A DNA stretch of 62,916 bases, filler included, from Nemertoderma westbladi (GCA_032718475.1; 3 parts of 3 records of this genome joined end to end with filler, not necessarily neighbours in it); one strand, 5' to 3'. Shown: positions 22,589 through 36,300, counted from the first letter of the whole stretch. The notes: generated by a model from the sequence alone, not told the origin. Translations and numbers: made by a program.

Positions 22589-24284
22589 AGTGAATTTCCA
22601 AACCTTCTCCAATTAAAAAAAATAAAGTTGAAATTTCAACCCAGTCGAAAATAGAACTTCTCCCCGAATGGATTACACCTATTCATTTATTTCGAAAAAA
22701 CCTCCTATACCAGCCAGCATACAAAAGCAGATCAGCAGATGCTCCCTGTTGCCCTGCATTGCTGCACACAGGTTTTCCTTTCCCTCATCGATATGGCTAA
22801 ATCACCACCCAATTCCAACAATCGTGCAGACACTTGCGACAGAAACAGATTTGGAAAACCTGAAGATTGTTTTTCGCAGTCACGGCCATTCCACTTTCAG
22901 TCTTTACATCTGTAACAGCTGAACTGTACTGTAAGTCAGCAAGTGTAAGCAAGGTGCAAAATTCAGCTTATTATTTTAAAACAGAGGGGGCAGTAATCAG
23001 GCTGTGTATATTAGTAGGCTGTGCCTACACGTTTTTTTAAGGATCTGACCTCGAGAACTCGTGTGCATAGTCCTATTATGGATATGCAAACAAATCAACA
23101 CAGATTGGCAGAGAGCAACTTATGCATCAAGAGGAGAAGTGGAATGAACCTCAGGAAAATGTGATAGTAGATGAACTCTACCAATATTTTTCACGTATCT
23201 TATGTCAGTAACATAACAACATACTAACTTTGGGTAGATTTCAAGAGTTAACTTAATATCCCCACGTCGTTGATGCAACACAACTTGTCAGATTCGGATC
23301 CTAATTATGATTGTCTATTTTGGAGCTTCAACCCCTCTATGGCTCATACCACCAAAGGCTTGTTGCACCAGAGCAAAATATAACTTTTTATTTCTTATAA
23401 AGTATACAACTCTTCAAAGCCACATCAAAATACCACTTCAATGCAGTTCCAATGAATAAATAAAAAAAGAAGAATATGAGGAACTCCATTCAGTTCACCA
23501 AACTAATGCGTTGAGACTGTTATTTTAAACTGTGCTGGTCCGTTGTTCAGTTGCAATAATTGGACATATGCTTGAAGATAAGCATATTTGGTATGTTAAC
23601 CGAAATGTCAGCAAACAAACTGTACAGGTCTGCAAAGCTTTTCTTCTACTACTTTTAAACCCAAATCAGCTATGTTTTACAACAATTATTGGGAGCATTG
23701 ATAACAAGGAGTAGTTGGCCACTCTCTTGATTAATTGTACTCTGACATCAGTTTTCTCCTTTACACGAAATACCAACCATTTGAAGGTGGCTTTAATCTG
23801 AGTTTTGGTGGAATCAATGATAATTAAATCTGTGATTGTGATTATGAATATACCACATATGATTTCAAACAGGTCACCATTCACTGATTAATGCCTTTTT
23901 CAGAATCACAGGTCATCTCTTTATGAGGAAATTGCCTTTAACTACAATTGAAAATGGAATTTGATCTTGACATGTTTGTGTAGTATGAATAATAGGAATA
24001 AGAGGACACAGATTTTCACATGGTGCCCACACTGTCTAGTTTAATCTGGGCATTTAATCCATGTTTCGAGATCACCAGACGAGGAAGGAAGGGTCTTTGG
24101 ACAGCATCCCTCTCGTTGAGATAAGAGGCAACAATTGCTATTTCGATTCTTATTCAAATTACCAGATGTAAGCCAATATTAATTACCATAATATTACATC
24201 ATACTAGAACATTAATTATAGATATTATGTAAGGATATGCCAATGTTCAATAATATATTTTTATTTTCAAGTCAGCAATAAATA

Positions 24285-25170
24285 CACCATAACCCTTAAT
24301 ACAACAACCATTTTTAGGGGGTCGGAGCCCCCCCCCCCCTAATTTTTTTCAAATTTTAATAAAATGCTACGAAATTTGGTATGATGATAGATCGACACCT
24401 TTTCTTACTAGTGAGTGGCCTGGCCGGATTTTTTAATTTATGAGCTATTTCGATACAACAAGCCCTTAAAAATTGTCTACTTCGCAATATTTAGACACCT
24501 CCGTCAGCGTTATGTTTCGTCTTTGGAATCAAATCTAGATATCATTAAAACCGCCTTCATCTGCAGATTCTGAATCTGAAACCCGTTGAAAATTTCACCA
24601 AGAACTTCCAGAGATATTATCAAAATACTAAGGTGTAAATTTTTGTGACGTAAATCGCTATAATTCTAATGTTTTTTTTACTCAATTCTAGAATATTAAT
24701 TATGGGTAATGAAAAAACAAGATGGAGAGTTTTAAACGCTCAGCTAAATAATAATTAATATTCTAGAATAAAGACAACAAAACATCAGAATTATAGTGAT
24801 TTACGTCTCTGAATTTACACATTAGTATTTTGATAATATTTTTACCAATTTTGGGTTAAATTTAAAACGGTTTTCAGATTCGGAATCTACAGACGAAGGC
24901 GCTTCGAATGATATCTAGATTACATTTCAAAGACGTAAAATAAAGTCTACGGAGGTGGTTAAACATCTGCTAAATAGACATTTTTTAAGGGATTGTTGTA
25001 TGGAAATAACTGAGAAATTGAAAAACCCGGTCAGGCCAACAGTAAGAAATGGTGTCGATCTATCATCATACCAAATTTCGTAGCATTTAATTGATATTTG
25101 AAAAAAATTAGGGGGGGGGGGGGGGGGGGGGGTGGGGCTAAAAATGGTTGTTGTATTAAGGGTTATGTTG
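24285..25170. mobile_element. MITE family B (TA-flanked, long imperfect TIRs)
   Basis: TA|CACCATAACCCTTAATACAACAACCATTT ... AAATGGTTGTTGTATTAAGGGTTATGTTG|TA, with subterminal poly-C/poly-G. Confidence 0.88.
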
Positions 25171-25818
25171 TATGCTAAATACAAGAAATAAAGTAAATTG
25201 AATACTGGGCTCTGGGGTGCCATATTATCAGTTGTGCAATAAAGTTGAAGTATTCTTTCATTAAGACTATACTGTATTATACGGTCACACCGAGGTAGGC
25301 CTAACGCTAACAGTAACTCATTCGTTTGTCAATGTGTGCACCTGTAGGACTAATGAATCAGTGACACCCACACCCACACACATGGAATAGTGTAAAGTTG
25401 CAATTAGGATTAGGCTGCAGACAGCATAAACTATAGAGGGAGTTTTGTTACTGATACCATATAGTTTACGGTACTGGTACCGACTGGTATAATATATATA
25501 TGATTAAATTAATTAAACTTCGAAACTCCATAATGAAACGCCATATTCCATATCAATAAAAATAACGCCACATTCCATATCAATAAACTGTATCTCACTT
25601 TCAGGCTTTCGTTTCATATTTTACTCTTCATCATGGAAATATCCCCACTCGAGCTGGAGTGAAATACAGTGCCACTTTATAGAATCGAATATATAGTTGA
25701 TAGACAACTTTATTGTGCTCATTGTATGTGCCACTTTCAGAATGTTATGAACATTTTCTAGCAATTATGGGTGAGTCAGAATGCGAGCCATCAGCGAACT
25801 GTTCCGCTTTCCAAAAAT

Positions 25819-25915
25819 CTGTGTGTCTGTTAGATTTGTGTCTGTTAGATGTGTGTCTGTTAGATTTGTGACTGTTAGATGTGTGTCTGATGTTTATCTG
25901 TTAGATGTTAGATGT
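25819..25915 (+). repeat. Short degenerate tandem repeat (TGTGTCTGTTAGA core)
   Basis: About six imperfect copies. Confidence 0.7.
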
Positions 25916-26041
25916 GTTCACACACCCAATCTTATTTAGGTGTGAGAGTATTGATATGGCAGTTTTATTTATAACTGTCAACCCACCTACACACACATCT
26001 AACATCCATGCATGTATATCAGAATATATTACTAGCCATCA

Positions 26042-26114
26042 TACTACTACTACTACTACTACTACTAGTAGTAGTAGTAGGTCGAGTAGGTCAGGCTTCC
26101 CGATTCTCCATAGT
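26042..26114 (-). mobile_element. Tiny 3'-end remnant of the RTE family with a (TAC)n(TAG)n tail
   Basis: TAGGTCGAG and AGGCTTCCCRATTCTCCATAGT match the 3' end of the 20569..21345 element. Confidence 0.6.
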
Positions 26115-26436
26115 ATATAACTAGCCATAGTATAATTATAATAATTGTTCACTAAGATGGCTTGCAGCTACTGCTACACGAATGCCCCACTAGTGTTTTT
26201 ATGATTTCTAAATTGTTAGAATAATATCAATTCCGTAATTTACATATATAATTTTGAATTTTTTAAGTAGAAGAAAACTCCCACCAAAGAGGAGAAGCAG
26301 AAAACTATATTCTCTGCAGTCAAGACAATGGATCTTAAACTCACATGAGTTTTCACCATGCCAACTACTCCTACAAAAAGTGCGTTTGTGAAGATTAGCT
26401 ACTTCATATTCAAGTCAAATAAATAATCTTCAATTG

Positions 26437-29400
26437 GATCGTTTGTCTGTAAGTGACTGGCTGAGTATTCGATCCACTGTCTGTATGCGACTGGCTGAAT
26501 ATTCGATCGTCTGTCTGTATGCGACTGGCTGAGTATTCGATCGTCTGTCTGTATGCGACTGGCTAAGTATTCGATCGTCTGTCTGTATGCGACTGGCTGA
26601 GTATTCGATCGCCTGTCTGTATGCGACTGGCTAAGTATTCGATCGTCTGTCTGTATGCGACTGGCTGAGTATTCGATCGTCCGTCTGTATGCGACTGGCT
26701 GAGTATTCGATCGTCTGTCTGTATGTGACTGGCTGAGTATTCGATCGTCTGTCTGTATGCGACTGGTTGAGTATTCGATAATCTGTCTGTATGCGACTGA
26801 CTGAGTATTCGATCGTCTGTCTGTATGCGACTGGCTGAGTATTCGATCGTCTGTCTGTATGCGACTGGCTGAGTATTTGATCGTCTGTCTGTATGCGACT
26901 AGCTGAGTATTCGATCGTCTGTCTGTATGCGACTGGCTGAGCATTCGATAGTCTGTCTGCATGCGACTGGCTGATTATTCGATCGTCTGTCTGTATGCGA
27001 CTGGCTGAGTATTCAATCGTCTGTCTGTATGTGACCAGCTGAGTATTCGATCGTCTGTCTGTATGCGACTGGCTAAGTATTCGATCGTCCGTCTGTATGC
27101 GACTGGCTGAGTATTCGATCGTCTGTCTGTATGTGACTGGCTGAGTATTCGATCGTCTGTCTGTATGCCACTGGCTGAGTATTCGATCGTCTGTCTGTAT
27201 GCGACTGGCTGAGTATTCGATAATCTGTCTGTATGCGACTGACTGAGTATTCGATCGTCTGTCTGTATGCGACTGGCTGAGTATTCAATCGTCTGTCTGT
27301 ATGTGACCGGCTGAGTATTCGATCGTCTGTCTGTATGCGACTGGCTAAGTATTCGATCGTCCATCTGTATGCGACTGGCTGAGTATTCGATCGTCTGTCT
27401 GTATGTGACTGGCTGAGTATTCGATCGTCTGTCTGTATGCCACTGGCTGAGTATTCGATCGTCTGTCTGTATGCGACTGGCTGAGTATTCGATAATCTGT
27501 CTGTATGCGACTGACTGAGTATTCGATCGTCTGTCTGTATGCGACTGGCGGAGTATTCGATCGTCTGTCTGTATGCGACTAGCTGAGTATTCGATCGTCT
27601 GTCTGTATGCGACTGGCTGAGTATTCTATCGTCTGTCTGTATGCGACTGGCTGAGTATTCGACCGTATGTCTGTATGCAACTGGCAGAGTATTCGATCGT
27701 CTGTCTGTATGCGACTGGCTGAGTATTCAATAGTCTGTCTGCATGCGACTGGCTGATTATTCGATAGTCTGTCTGCATGTGACCGGCTGAGTATTCGATC
27801 TACTGTCTGTATGCGACTGGCTGAGTATTCGATCATCTGTCTGTATGCGACTGGCTGAGTATTCGATAATCTGTCTGTATGCGACTGACTGAGTATTCGA
27901 TCGTCTGTCTGTATGCGACTGGCGGAGTATTCGATCGTCTGTCTGTATGCGACTAGCTGAGTATTCGATCGTCTGTCTGTATGCGACTGGCTGAGTATTC
28001 GATCGTCTGTCTGTATGCGACTGGCTGAGTATTCGATCGTCTGTCTGTATGTGACTGGCTAAGTATTCGATCGTCCGTCTGTATGCGACTGGCTGAGTAT
28101 TCGATCATCTTTCTGTATGCGACTGGCTGAGTATTCGATCGTCTGTCTGTATGCGACTGGCTGAGTATTCAATCGTCTGTCTGTATGTGACCGGCTGAGT
28201 ATTCGATCGTCTGTCTGTATGCGACTGGCTAAGTATTCGATCGTCCATCTGTATGCGACTGGCTGAGTATTCGATCGTCTGTCTGTATGTGACTGGCTGA
28301 GTATTCGATCGTCTGTCTGTATGCCACTGGCTGAGTATTCGATCGTCTGTCTGTATGCGACTGGCTGAGTATTCGATAATCTGTCTGTATGCGACTGACT
28401 GAGTATTCGATCGTCTGTCTGTATGCGACTGGCGGAGTATTCGATCGTCTGTCTGTATGCGACTAGCTGAGTATTCGATCGTCTGTCTGTATGCGACTGG
28501 CTGAGTATTCTATCGTCTGTCTGTATGCGACTGGCTGAGTATTCGACCGTATGTCTGTATGCAACTGGCAGAGTATTCGATCGTCTGTCTGTATGCGACT
28601 GGCTGAGTATTCAATAGTCTGTCTGCATGCGACTGGCTGATTATTCGATAGTCTGTCTGCATGTGACCGGCTGAGTATTCGATCTACTGTCTGTATGCGA
28701 CTGGCTGAGTATTCGATCATCTGTCTGTATGCGACTGGCTGAGTATTCGATAATCTGTCTGTATGCGACTGACTGAGTATTCGATCGTCTGTCTGTATGC
28801 GACTGGCGGAGTATTCGATCGTCTGTCTGTATGCGACTAGCTGAGTATTCGATCGTCTGTCTGTATGCGACTGGCTGAGTATTCTATCGTCTGTCTGTAT
28901 GCGACTGGCTGAGTATTCGACCGTATGTCTGTATGCAACTGGCAGAGTATTCGATCGTCTGTCTGTATGCGACTGGCTGAGTATTCAATAGTCTGTCTGC
29001 ATGCGACTGGCTGATTATTCGATAGTCTGTCTGCATGTGACCGGCTGAGTATTCGATCTACTGTCTGTATGCGACTGGCTGAGTATTCGATCGTCTGTCT
29101 GTATGTGACCGGCTGAGTATTCGATCGTCTGTCTGTATGCGACTGGCTGAGTATTCGAGATCGTCTGTCTGTATGCGACTGGCTGAGTATTTGATCGTCT
29201 GTCTGTATGCGACTAGCTGAGTATTCGATCGTCTGTCTGTATGCGACTGGCTGAGTATTCAATCGTCTGTCTGTATGTGACCGGCTGAGTATTTGATCGT
29301 CTGTCTGTATGCGACTGGCTGAGTATTCGATCGTCTGTCTGTATGCGACTGGCTGAGTATTCGATCGTCTGTCTGTATGTGACTGGCTAAGTATTCGATC

Positions 29401-30243
29401 GTCCGTCTGTATGCGACTGGCTGAGTATTCGATCATCTTTCTGTATGCGACTGGCTGAGTATTCGATCGTCTGTCTGTATGCGACTGGCTGAGTATTCTA
29501 TCGTTTGTCTGTATGTGGCTGGCTGAGTATTCGATCGTCTGTCTGCATGCGACTGGCTGAATATTCGATCGTGTCTGTCTGTATGTGACTGGCTGAGTAT
29601 TCGATCGTCTGTCTGTATGCCACTAGCTGAGTATTCGATCGTCTCTCTGTATGCGACTGGCTGAGTATTCTATCGTCTGTCTGTATGCCACTAGCTGAGT
29701 ATTCGATCGTCTGTCTGTATGCGACTGGCTGAGTATTCGATCGTCTGTCTGTATGCGACTGGCTGAGTATTCGATCGTCTGTCTGTATGCGACTGGCTGA
29801 GTATTCGATTGTCTGTCTGTATCCGACTGGCTGAGTATTCGATAGTCTGTCTGTATGCGACTGGCTGAGTATTCGATCGTCTGTCTGTATGCGACTGGCT
29901 GAGTATTCGATCGTCTGTCTGTATGCGACTGGCTGAGTATTCTATCGTCTGTCTGTATGTGGCTGGCTGAGTATTCGATCGTCTGTCTGTATGCGACTGG
30001 CTGAGTATTCTATCGTCTGTCTGTATGTGGCTGGCTGAGTATTCGATCGTCTGTCTGTATGCGACTGGCTGAGTATTCGATCGTGTCTGTCTGTATGTGA
30101 CCGGCTGAGTATTCGATCGTCTGTCTGTATGTGACTGGCTGAGTATTCGATCGTCTATCTGTATGCGACTGGCTGAGTATTCTATCGTCTGCCTGTATGT
30201 GATTGGCTGAGTATTCGATCGTGTCTGTCTGTATGTGACTGGC
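26437..30243 (+). repeat. Minisatellite, 34-bp unit GACTGGCTGAGTATTCGATCGTCTGTCTGTATGC, ~110 copies, with higher-order duplications
   Basis: 34-nt period; identical variant blocks recur at offsets of 884 nt (26 units) and 374 nt (11 units). Confidence 0.98.
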
Positions 30244-30982
30244 TTGAGTGTATCTGAAATTTTATGCCGATTTCCTTTTTTTCTCTCATCATCGGAATCA
30301 CAACATCGAATAAAAAACATTGAAACATCGAACAAAAATGAATTCTATATTTCACTTATAGATTTTGGAGGATTAGATCATGATCAGTAAACACTATAAA
30401 TCAGCACCCCAAGTAAATACAATTTATTATAGATTACCCAATGCTCATATTATAGCATGCATCTCAATTTCACATGGTGGCATAGGGCAGTATCATTCAA
30501 CATCTGATATCAACGTAATTAATTGTTAAACTCTGATGGAAGTGGCAATATAATAATTCTTGAGTTTCGTTGAATGCTTGAGTATGCTCATCTTCTACTC
30601 TCTTGGAAACTATTCTTATAATAAGTTAGTGGTTGTAGAGGATGTTTTTTTCTATATTCTTGTCAAACACATTCAATCTTACAAAATCTTCCCAATCAGT
30701 GATTTGACTCATGTGGAATGAGCAGAGCATTGTTTCAAATATACCACATAAGTTGTTTCGTTATCACAGGTAAACAGTAAAATAGGTAAACAACACTGAC
30801 TGGTAATTAATTATAAACTGCTTCTGCGTGGCTATTTTTAAATGGCCAATAGGCAACATACTTATTTGATGGGAAAATGCCACCATCCTGCTTTTCAATG
30901 AAAAATAATACCTATATAATTGGTAAGAGGAGGACTCCATGAAAGCGTTGCAACAACTTTCTCTAAATACATAATGAACGAT

Positions 30983-31233
30983 CGCGAAAAGGTCCGCGTC
31001 TACTAACGCATGAACTATCTACTTGAATGGCTTACTACCAATCTTACAACAAAAAACATTCACCGGAATGGGGGATTGAACTCGGTACCTCGAGATTCCA
31101 AGACCCACGCTCCACCAACTGCGCCGTCTGAAGCTTTAAAACCAAAACCCAATTGGAAATTAACAACAACAATAACAACAACGACAACAACAACAGAGTG
31201 AATACTAGAGGACTCGCTAACTGGACCTGAAAA
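30983..31233 (-). mobile_element. Composite Helentron/DINE-like plus tRNA-like repeat, copy 2, just inside the amidase intron
   Basis: Homologous to 14635..14885; GGCGCAGTTGG A box and GAGTTCAATCCC B box on the minus strand. Confidence 0.6.
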
Positions 31234-31238
31234 CTTAC

Positions 31239-31403
31239 TGTTGATTAAAAACAGGTGTTGTTGATAGAACGTTGTTGTATAGCAAATCCAAATCAACATA
31301 TTTTGGACCAATGGCATCCAAGGCTTTTATTGCTGCACCCCTCCTATTATCAGCATCTGGTGCCGGTTCCCAATGATCATAGTTTGTTTCTAGGATGTAC
31401 CAC
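31239..31403 (-). CDS. NAAA: Exon of NAAA/acid ceramidase-like amidase (Ntn hydrolase), near the C-terminus
   Basis: TTTTGCAG acceptor and GTAAGT donor. Encodes (R)WYILETNYDHWEPAPDADNRRGAAIKALDAIG...VLSTTPVFNQ, matching the NAAA ETNYDHW...DDRR..AIKAL motif. Phase is compatible with the upstream exon. Confidence 0.88.
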
Positions 31404-34117
31404 CTGCAAAATGTTTAAAAGGATAATGAGTTGCATTACAATCAATCCACATCGAATATAGATAGATCAATCTTTTATTATTAAAATTACAAATTAGATT
31501 CTCTCTATATAATTTTAAGTTACAGTAATTTAGCAGCTTTACTGTAACTTAAATTTATTAAGGGAAAGTTTGCTATTTTTCTTCTAAATCATTATCATGT
31601 ATAGATGTGGTGGGACACTTGATGTAATCAAATTAATCCATTTCCAGGATAAAATAGTGCAGATAACAACTGATAATGAGCAAACTACAATAACCCACTC
31701 CTTTCAATTAATTGATATTTAACATGGTTAATTCGCAGAGATGAGATATTTATTTGCCAAGATGAGATTTACCTCCATAGCCCCGCTTTCTAAGCTAAGC
31801 TAAGTTTCTAATAATTGAGTAATACAGTTTGATGTCGCCTGAGATGATGCAAAATCCCAAATAATAAATAAATAATTAATTAAAAATTTTTAAAGGGCCC
31901 ATTTTGGTCATTTTGCAATGCCTTTGCTTTACAAGTTCCCAATATAGGTGGTGCCTTCAAATATTAATTAAGGGATTTTGTGTAAGGACGACTTTTAGTA
32001 TGAAAAAGGACCAAACTTTTCCTTTTTTTGTACACTTTTCTTAAAAAATTAGGTGAATGTATTAAAATAAAGAAGTTGTATATTGTATTTCAAAATATTG
32101 TATACCATAGTACATTACATAGACACCCATGCTGGAGCAATTAATATGAAATTATCTCTAAAAATGCAAAATCTACTACTAAGTAAGAAAACTAACACTA
32201 AAACAACACCAAAATAAAAATAAACATGAAATTTTATCCAAGGCAAAAAACAATGGATAAAATGAGAAGTAAGCATGAAGCCAAAAGTGTGAGTAATAAT
32301 ATTAAACCAATAAATAATGATATTAGATGGGTAATAACCGAGGATGTAATATTAACCATATGAATGAGATATATTGTGATATTGAGTATAGGAAGGAGTG
32401 TCAATTTCGATACATTGATAGAGACTGAGCAAACAATATATTGTGTTGAGGCTGACTAGATACTGCGTCCATTACCTAAAGGCCCATTTCTGTCCAATAA
32501 TAAGAGGTGGAAGTTATATCATTACAGTAAGTGGGACAATGTTCTCTAATAAGGGCGCACTTTTACAACTTGGGATTGCTTTATATTAGTACAGAGATAA
32601 GCGCAATGAGCAATGTTATTGATGTCGGTATTTGGTGTAGACTTCATTCTTGAGTGTAGTTCTTCATCAAATGTCACCACTAAACCCTATCGGTGTATTT
32701 GACTTATTTATGAGTTATTGGTTAGTTCGTTGTCCTCAACATAGTTGAGATAACTTTTTAGGTATTACTGTTGAGGTATGTTAACATCAACTTAGTTGGT
32801 GCGACTAGTTGTTATTGAGATAAATATTCAAAATAATCTACAAAACCATTCTCTATTTATGACACTCTTCTGGGGTCAATCCAAACCCTCGACAGGTTTT
32901 CCGACAGCACGCCCCCCTGGTCGATCCCAGAGTGGCATTGAACGAAGGGGAGGTCGATATACAACTAGAGATACACTCTAGAATCGTGGTACCCGACACC
33001 CGACTACATTTACAAAATTTACTCACAAACAGATAATTTTAAGACACAGGAGCTGGAGTTGTGTAGGTGGGTGGTGGATGGAACTTCCATAGAGTTTGAT
33101 AATGGACACCATTGTCAGGACGTTGAAGGTCATCTTGATGATGATGATATGTCGGAGGAGGAGCCAAGAATATTGTGGTTCCTGAGTGGATGGACATTGT
33201 GATACCTTGAAACGCTTCTGATTGACTATGCACAATCCCAGCGGCACCACAAAGGGGAGAGAAACCCTACAGGTCGCAATGATCTACCAGCTGTCACACT
33301 ATCGTTAAATCTACCATTCAATATACATCGTGCCATAATGAGACATGGGGACTAATGCCATAAATTTCACTTAATAATTGAATTCTTCACTTAAATTCCA
33401 TTTAATATCTTGTTAACAATAACATATCAATTATGTGAAAAGAGTAGGTTTAAGTGGCATGTTATATATATTTGTATCGGTCAGCCATTGGATTTGGCAC
33501 AATTTTGATTACATAAAGAGTCCTCTTAATCTGGTTAAACTATTGAAGTTGTTGGGTCCAATCTTGGACCACCTGGATGGTTCTTACCGGCGAGTCTTGT
33601 GAAACTTAACTCAAAAATGTATAATAAATGTATTGACATTTTATTTAACCCTAATAAATCAGTATCATAATAAGTACTTGATTGATGATCTAAATTAATT
33701 TAATGTAACAATATAGACCTTTCTCAATAATGTCTATATACTTTGATTCTTATTGAATATGCATTCGAATTTCATATGAATGGCATCGCATAATATAATA
33801 AATATCATAAAACAATGCTTTCTAATAGCATTGAGACCATCAATATCTTTCATTAACTATTTTACATTATTATATTTCTTATACTATAATAATAATATAT
33901 TGGTTTAGATATTAGGCAACTATCCACTTATTATTGATGATCACTTGATATAGACCACCCACAATGACCACACCCATCGCCAGTGATTTGGGGTCTGGAC
34001 AGGAAACTTTATCTTTAAATTAGTTAACGATTTTGAATATCCGGGAAATATATTTCATTCCTACAAGTAGTGAAATAGTACTTGTAACCTCATCCATCCG
34101 TTGTTATAGTTACTAAC

Positions 34118-34293
34118 CTCGGTGGTCGGTCATGTAAATGCCATACATCTACTGTTGATAATCTGTCTTTAGTTATAATAGCCCCTTCGCCTGAATGAAT
34201 TCCTCCAATAATAAAATAAACAGGAGCAACTACTTTGGCGGTTGTTAAAACATTCAAAGCCGATTTGAAATCCAATGACTGGTTCACTAAGAC
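34118..34293 (-). CDS. NAAA: Exon of NAAA/acid ceramidase-like amidase
   Basis: TTTCAAG acceptor and GTTAGT donor. Encodes VLVNQSLDFKSALNVLTTAKVVAPVYFIIGGIHSGEGAIITKDR...; AG plus the G of the next exon gives Arg. NAAA versus ASAH1 assignment is tentative. Confidence 0.88.
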
Positions 34294-34399
34294 CTTGAAA
34301 TGTAAAAAACATGTTAATTAAGGGTTATCAGAATAATAACGGATGAACGCGGTCACTACTTTTATGGATGATATGTTGTGGTGGTGTAAACTGGCACCA

Positions 34400-34850
34400 A
34401 CTTATTTGTTTTCATTTCTTGTGGACTCTTGTCGTTCTACTTCCGCCCAGTCAGCAAGTTGATCGATTTCCATACCTGCTGTCGTCGGCATCATTGATGG
34501 TATCAACCTGTTGGTTTATAAGCTCTTGTAGATCAACAGAGTACTGCCTGTTCAGAGACCTAGATGCAACCTTAACTGCATTCTAGACCGCTGTGGCCTG
34601 TTTCAGTTGGGATTCGCGCTGTGCCTTAGTGGGATCTTCTAGGCACATCCGAATTCTGTGGTCCGTCCAGGCCTTTTATGCTCCATCAAGAGCATAATAC
34701 AGGAACTGTTACTACAGCTGCTGCTGAACTGCCTCTGTGAAAGAAGTTTAGCTCTCACAGTGATCTGTTACCTCAGATGCAAGGGCCTTATACATGTTGC
34801 TCAGCTCTAGACTGAAGCTGAATCTCACACTGGGCTGTTGCAGTAGAGAG
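34400..34850 (-). mobile_element. Highly degenerate RTE-like LINE fragment
   Basis: WKSINLLTGRK-like stretch typical of the pre-RT linker; many disruptions. Confidence 0.35.
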
Positions 34851-35489
34851 GACCAATCATGCCATGGCATGGCAAAGTAGATTTCTTAGTTCTGCTAGCT
34901 CAGAGACTCAGTCTTACTCATACATTACACCTATTTATTACATACATCTATTACAATACATCTATTTATTGTGAAGCGTCTATTAATATTTTTAGATAAA
35001 TTAGATAAAATATATTATTTAATAAGTATTCACGGCTGGTTCTTATATCTTATTTTGTCAGTTCTTTTTATGTATAATAATAAATTCTTTATGCATGTAT
35101 ATATATCAATTATATAAATAAATTGTGGTTGGGCGGGGTTGAATTTGGATTGGGAAAGTACGTATAACATTCTGTTTTGATAAAAGGAAATAATTTAATT
35201 ATAATAAAATGATCCACCACCAAAAATGATTTTGATTAGATTTTAAGAATATATTTGGATCTGAAAGTTGCATCATATTTCAGTAATCATTTTATTATGG
35301 TGTAAACAAAAGTAAAGAAATATTTATTATAAAAGTAAACAAAATAATGGTTTTATATAGTACATCTTTAGTATATAGTAGTATATGTAGTAGTAGTTTA
35401 TAGTAGTTCTAATAGTATATATTCCAACCATCTCGAACCATGCAAGAGTTATGCCATGATGTATGATGCTCCATTGAAAAATTTTACCA

Positions 35490-35613
35490 TAAAACCTGTA
35501 TAATTTTACCATAAAACCTGTATAATTTTTAGGTTAACCATTAATTTTCAGTAATAGAAAATCTACATTTTCAGTAATAGAAAATCTACATTTTCAGTAA
35601 TAGAAAATCTACA
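35490..35613 (+). repeat. Two short tandem duplications (22-bp x2; 23-bp x3)
   Basis: AATTTTACCATAAAACCTGTAT x2; TTTTCAGTAATAGAAAATCTACA x3. Confidence 0.8.
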
Positions 35614-35849
35614 TAGGTATACAAAAAATATTTTAACACGGGATGACCTACCTGCTTGTGTAGTCCAAGCGAACTGTGGACAACTATCTCAAACCGCGAG
35701 ACTCGTATTGAGCTGTATTTTCTTCTACACGGTATTTACTATCATAGCACCACACTGGGATTGGATTATGAACGTGTTAAGCTCGTTTAACTGCACACAC
35801 CACGATTACTGCTACTAATGTGCTCTACAATTTGTAGTCAGTATTTATT

Positions 35850-36300
35850 CAGTTGTATATCAAAGTTTGGAAAGAGCACCCGAAAGAAAACCAATACACC
35901 AAAGGGAAATAAATAAAGCCTGTGGTGTTAATTGCGTGTCTCTCTTAAGGAATTCAAGATCCATGTATGCTTAGATTAATACATTTATGTACCATGTCAA
36001 GATTACTATTAAATGATTAAATGAGGACTAATAAGCTGGTTACCATCCCAATGAACGGAAACATAGGCTTTACGGGTCATATCTTGGAATCAGCCCGATT
36101 TATGATTTATATTACAGCTGTTTCAACAGAATAATGTTAAACAAAGTAAGGGATCCTGTTGAAAGGCTCCTCCTGAATGGCAGCTAAAATGTGTACCAAA
36201 AAGGTAGAAGTACCCTGGAGCACATTCTGACAACACTTGGGTGGATCTTTGGAGAATTGCTAATGAGTAAAGACACTATCCGTAGAGATTTTATCTCATG
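35850..36300 (-). mobile_element. Very degenerate L2-group RT remnant
   Basis: Traces only: xFNRIPY (AFDRV-like), VHWDG (VRWNG-like), CIGFLSGAL (pre-YADD-like). Confidence 0.3.

Noticed and set aside
21932-22616. ORFs with 9-aa repeats (DPLLVFNCR / LQLNTSNGS) resembling LRR or beta-helix proteins
   Set aside because: The 27-bp minisatellite is open on both strands by chance, and there is no non-repeat coding flank.
23400-24160. Possible very old LINE RT remnant
   Set aside because: Only vague motif echoes; no diagnostic YADD or QG block is readable.
26437-30243. CRISPR-like array (34-bp repeat with an internal palindrome)
   Set aside because: Units are head-to-tail with no unique spacers, there are no cas genes, and the context is eukaryotic.
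32400-33300. Possible LINE endonuclease remnant (LVVYRPP on the minus strand)
   Set aside because: A single short motif in heavily disrupted frames; not supportable without a profile search.
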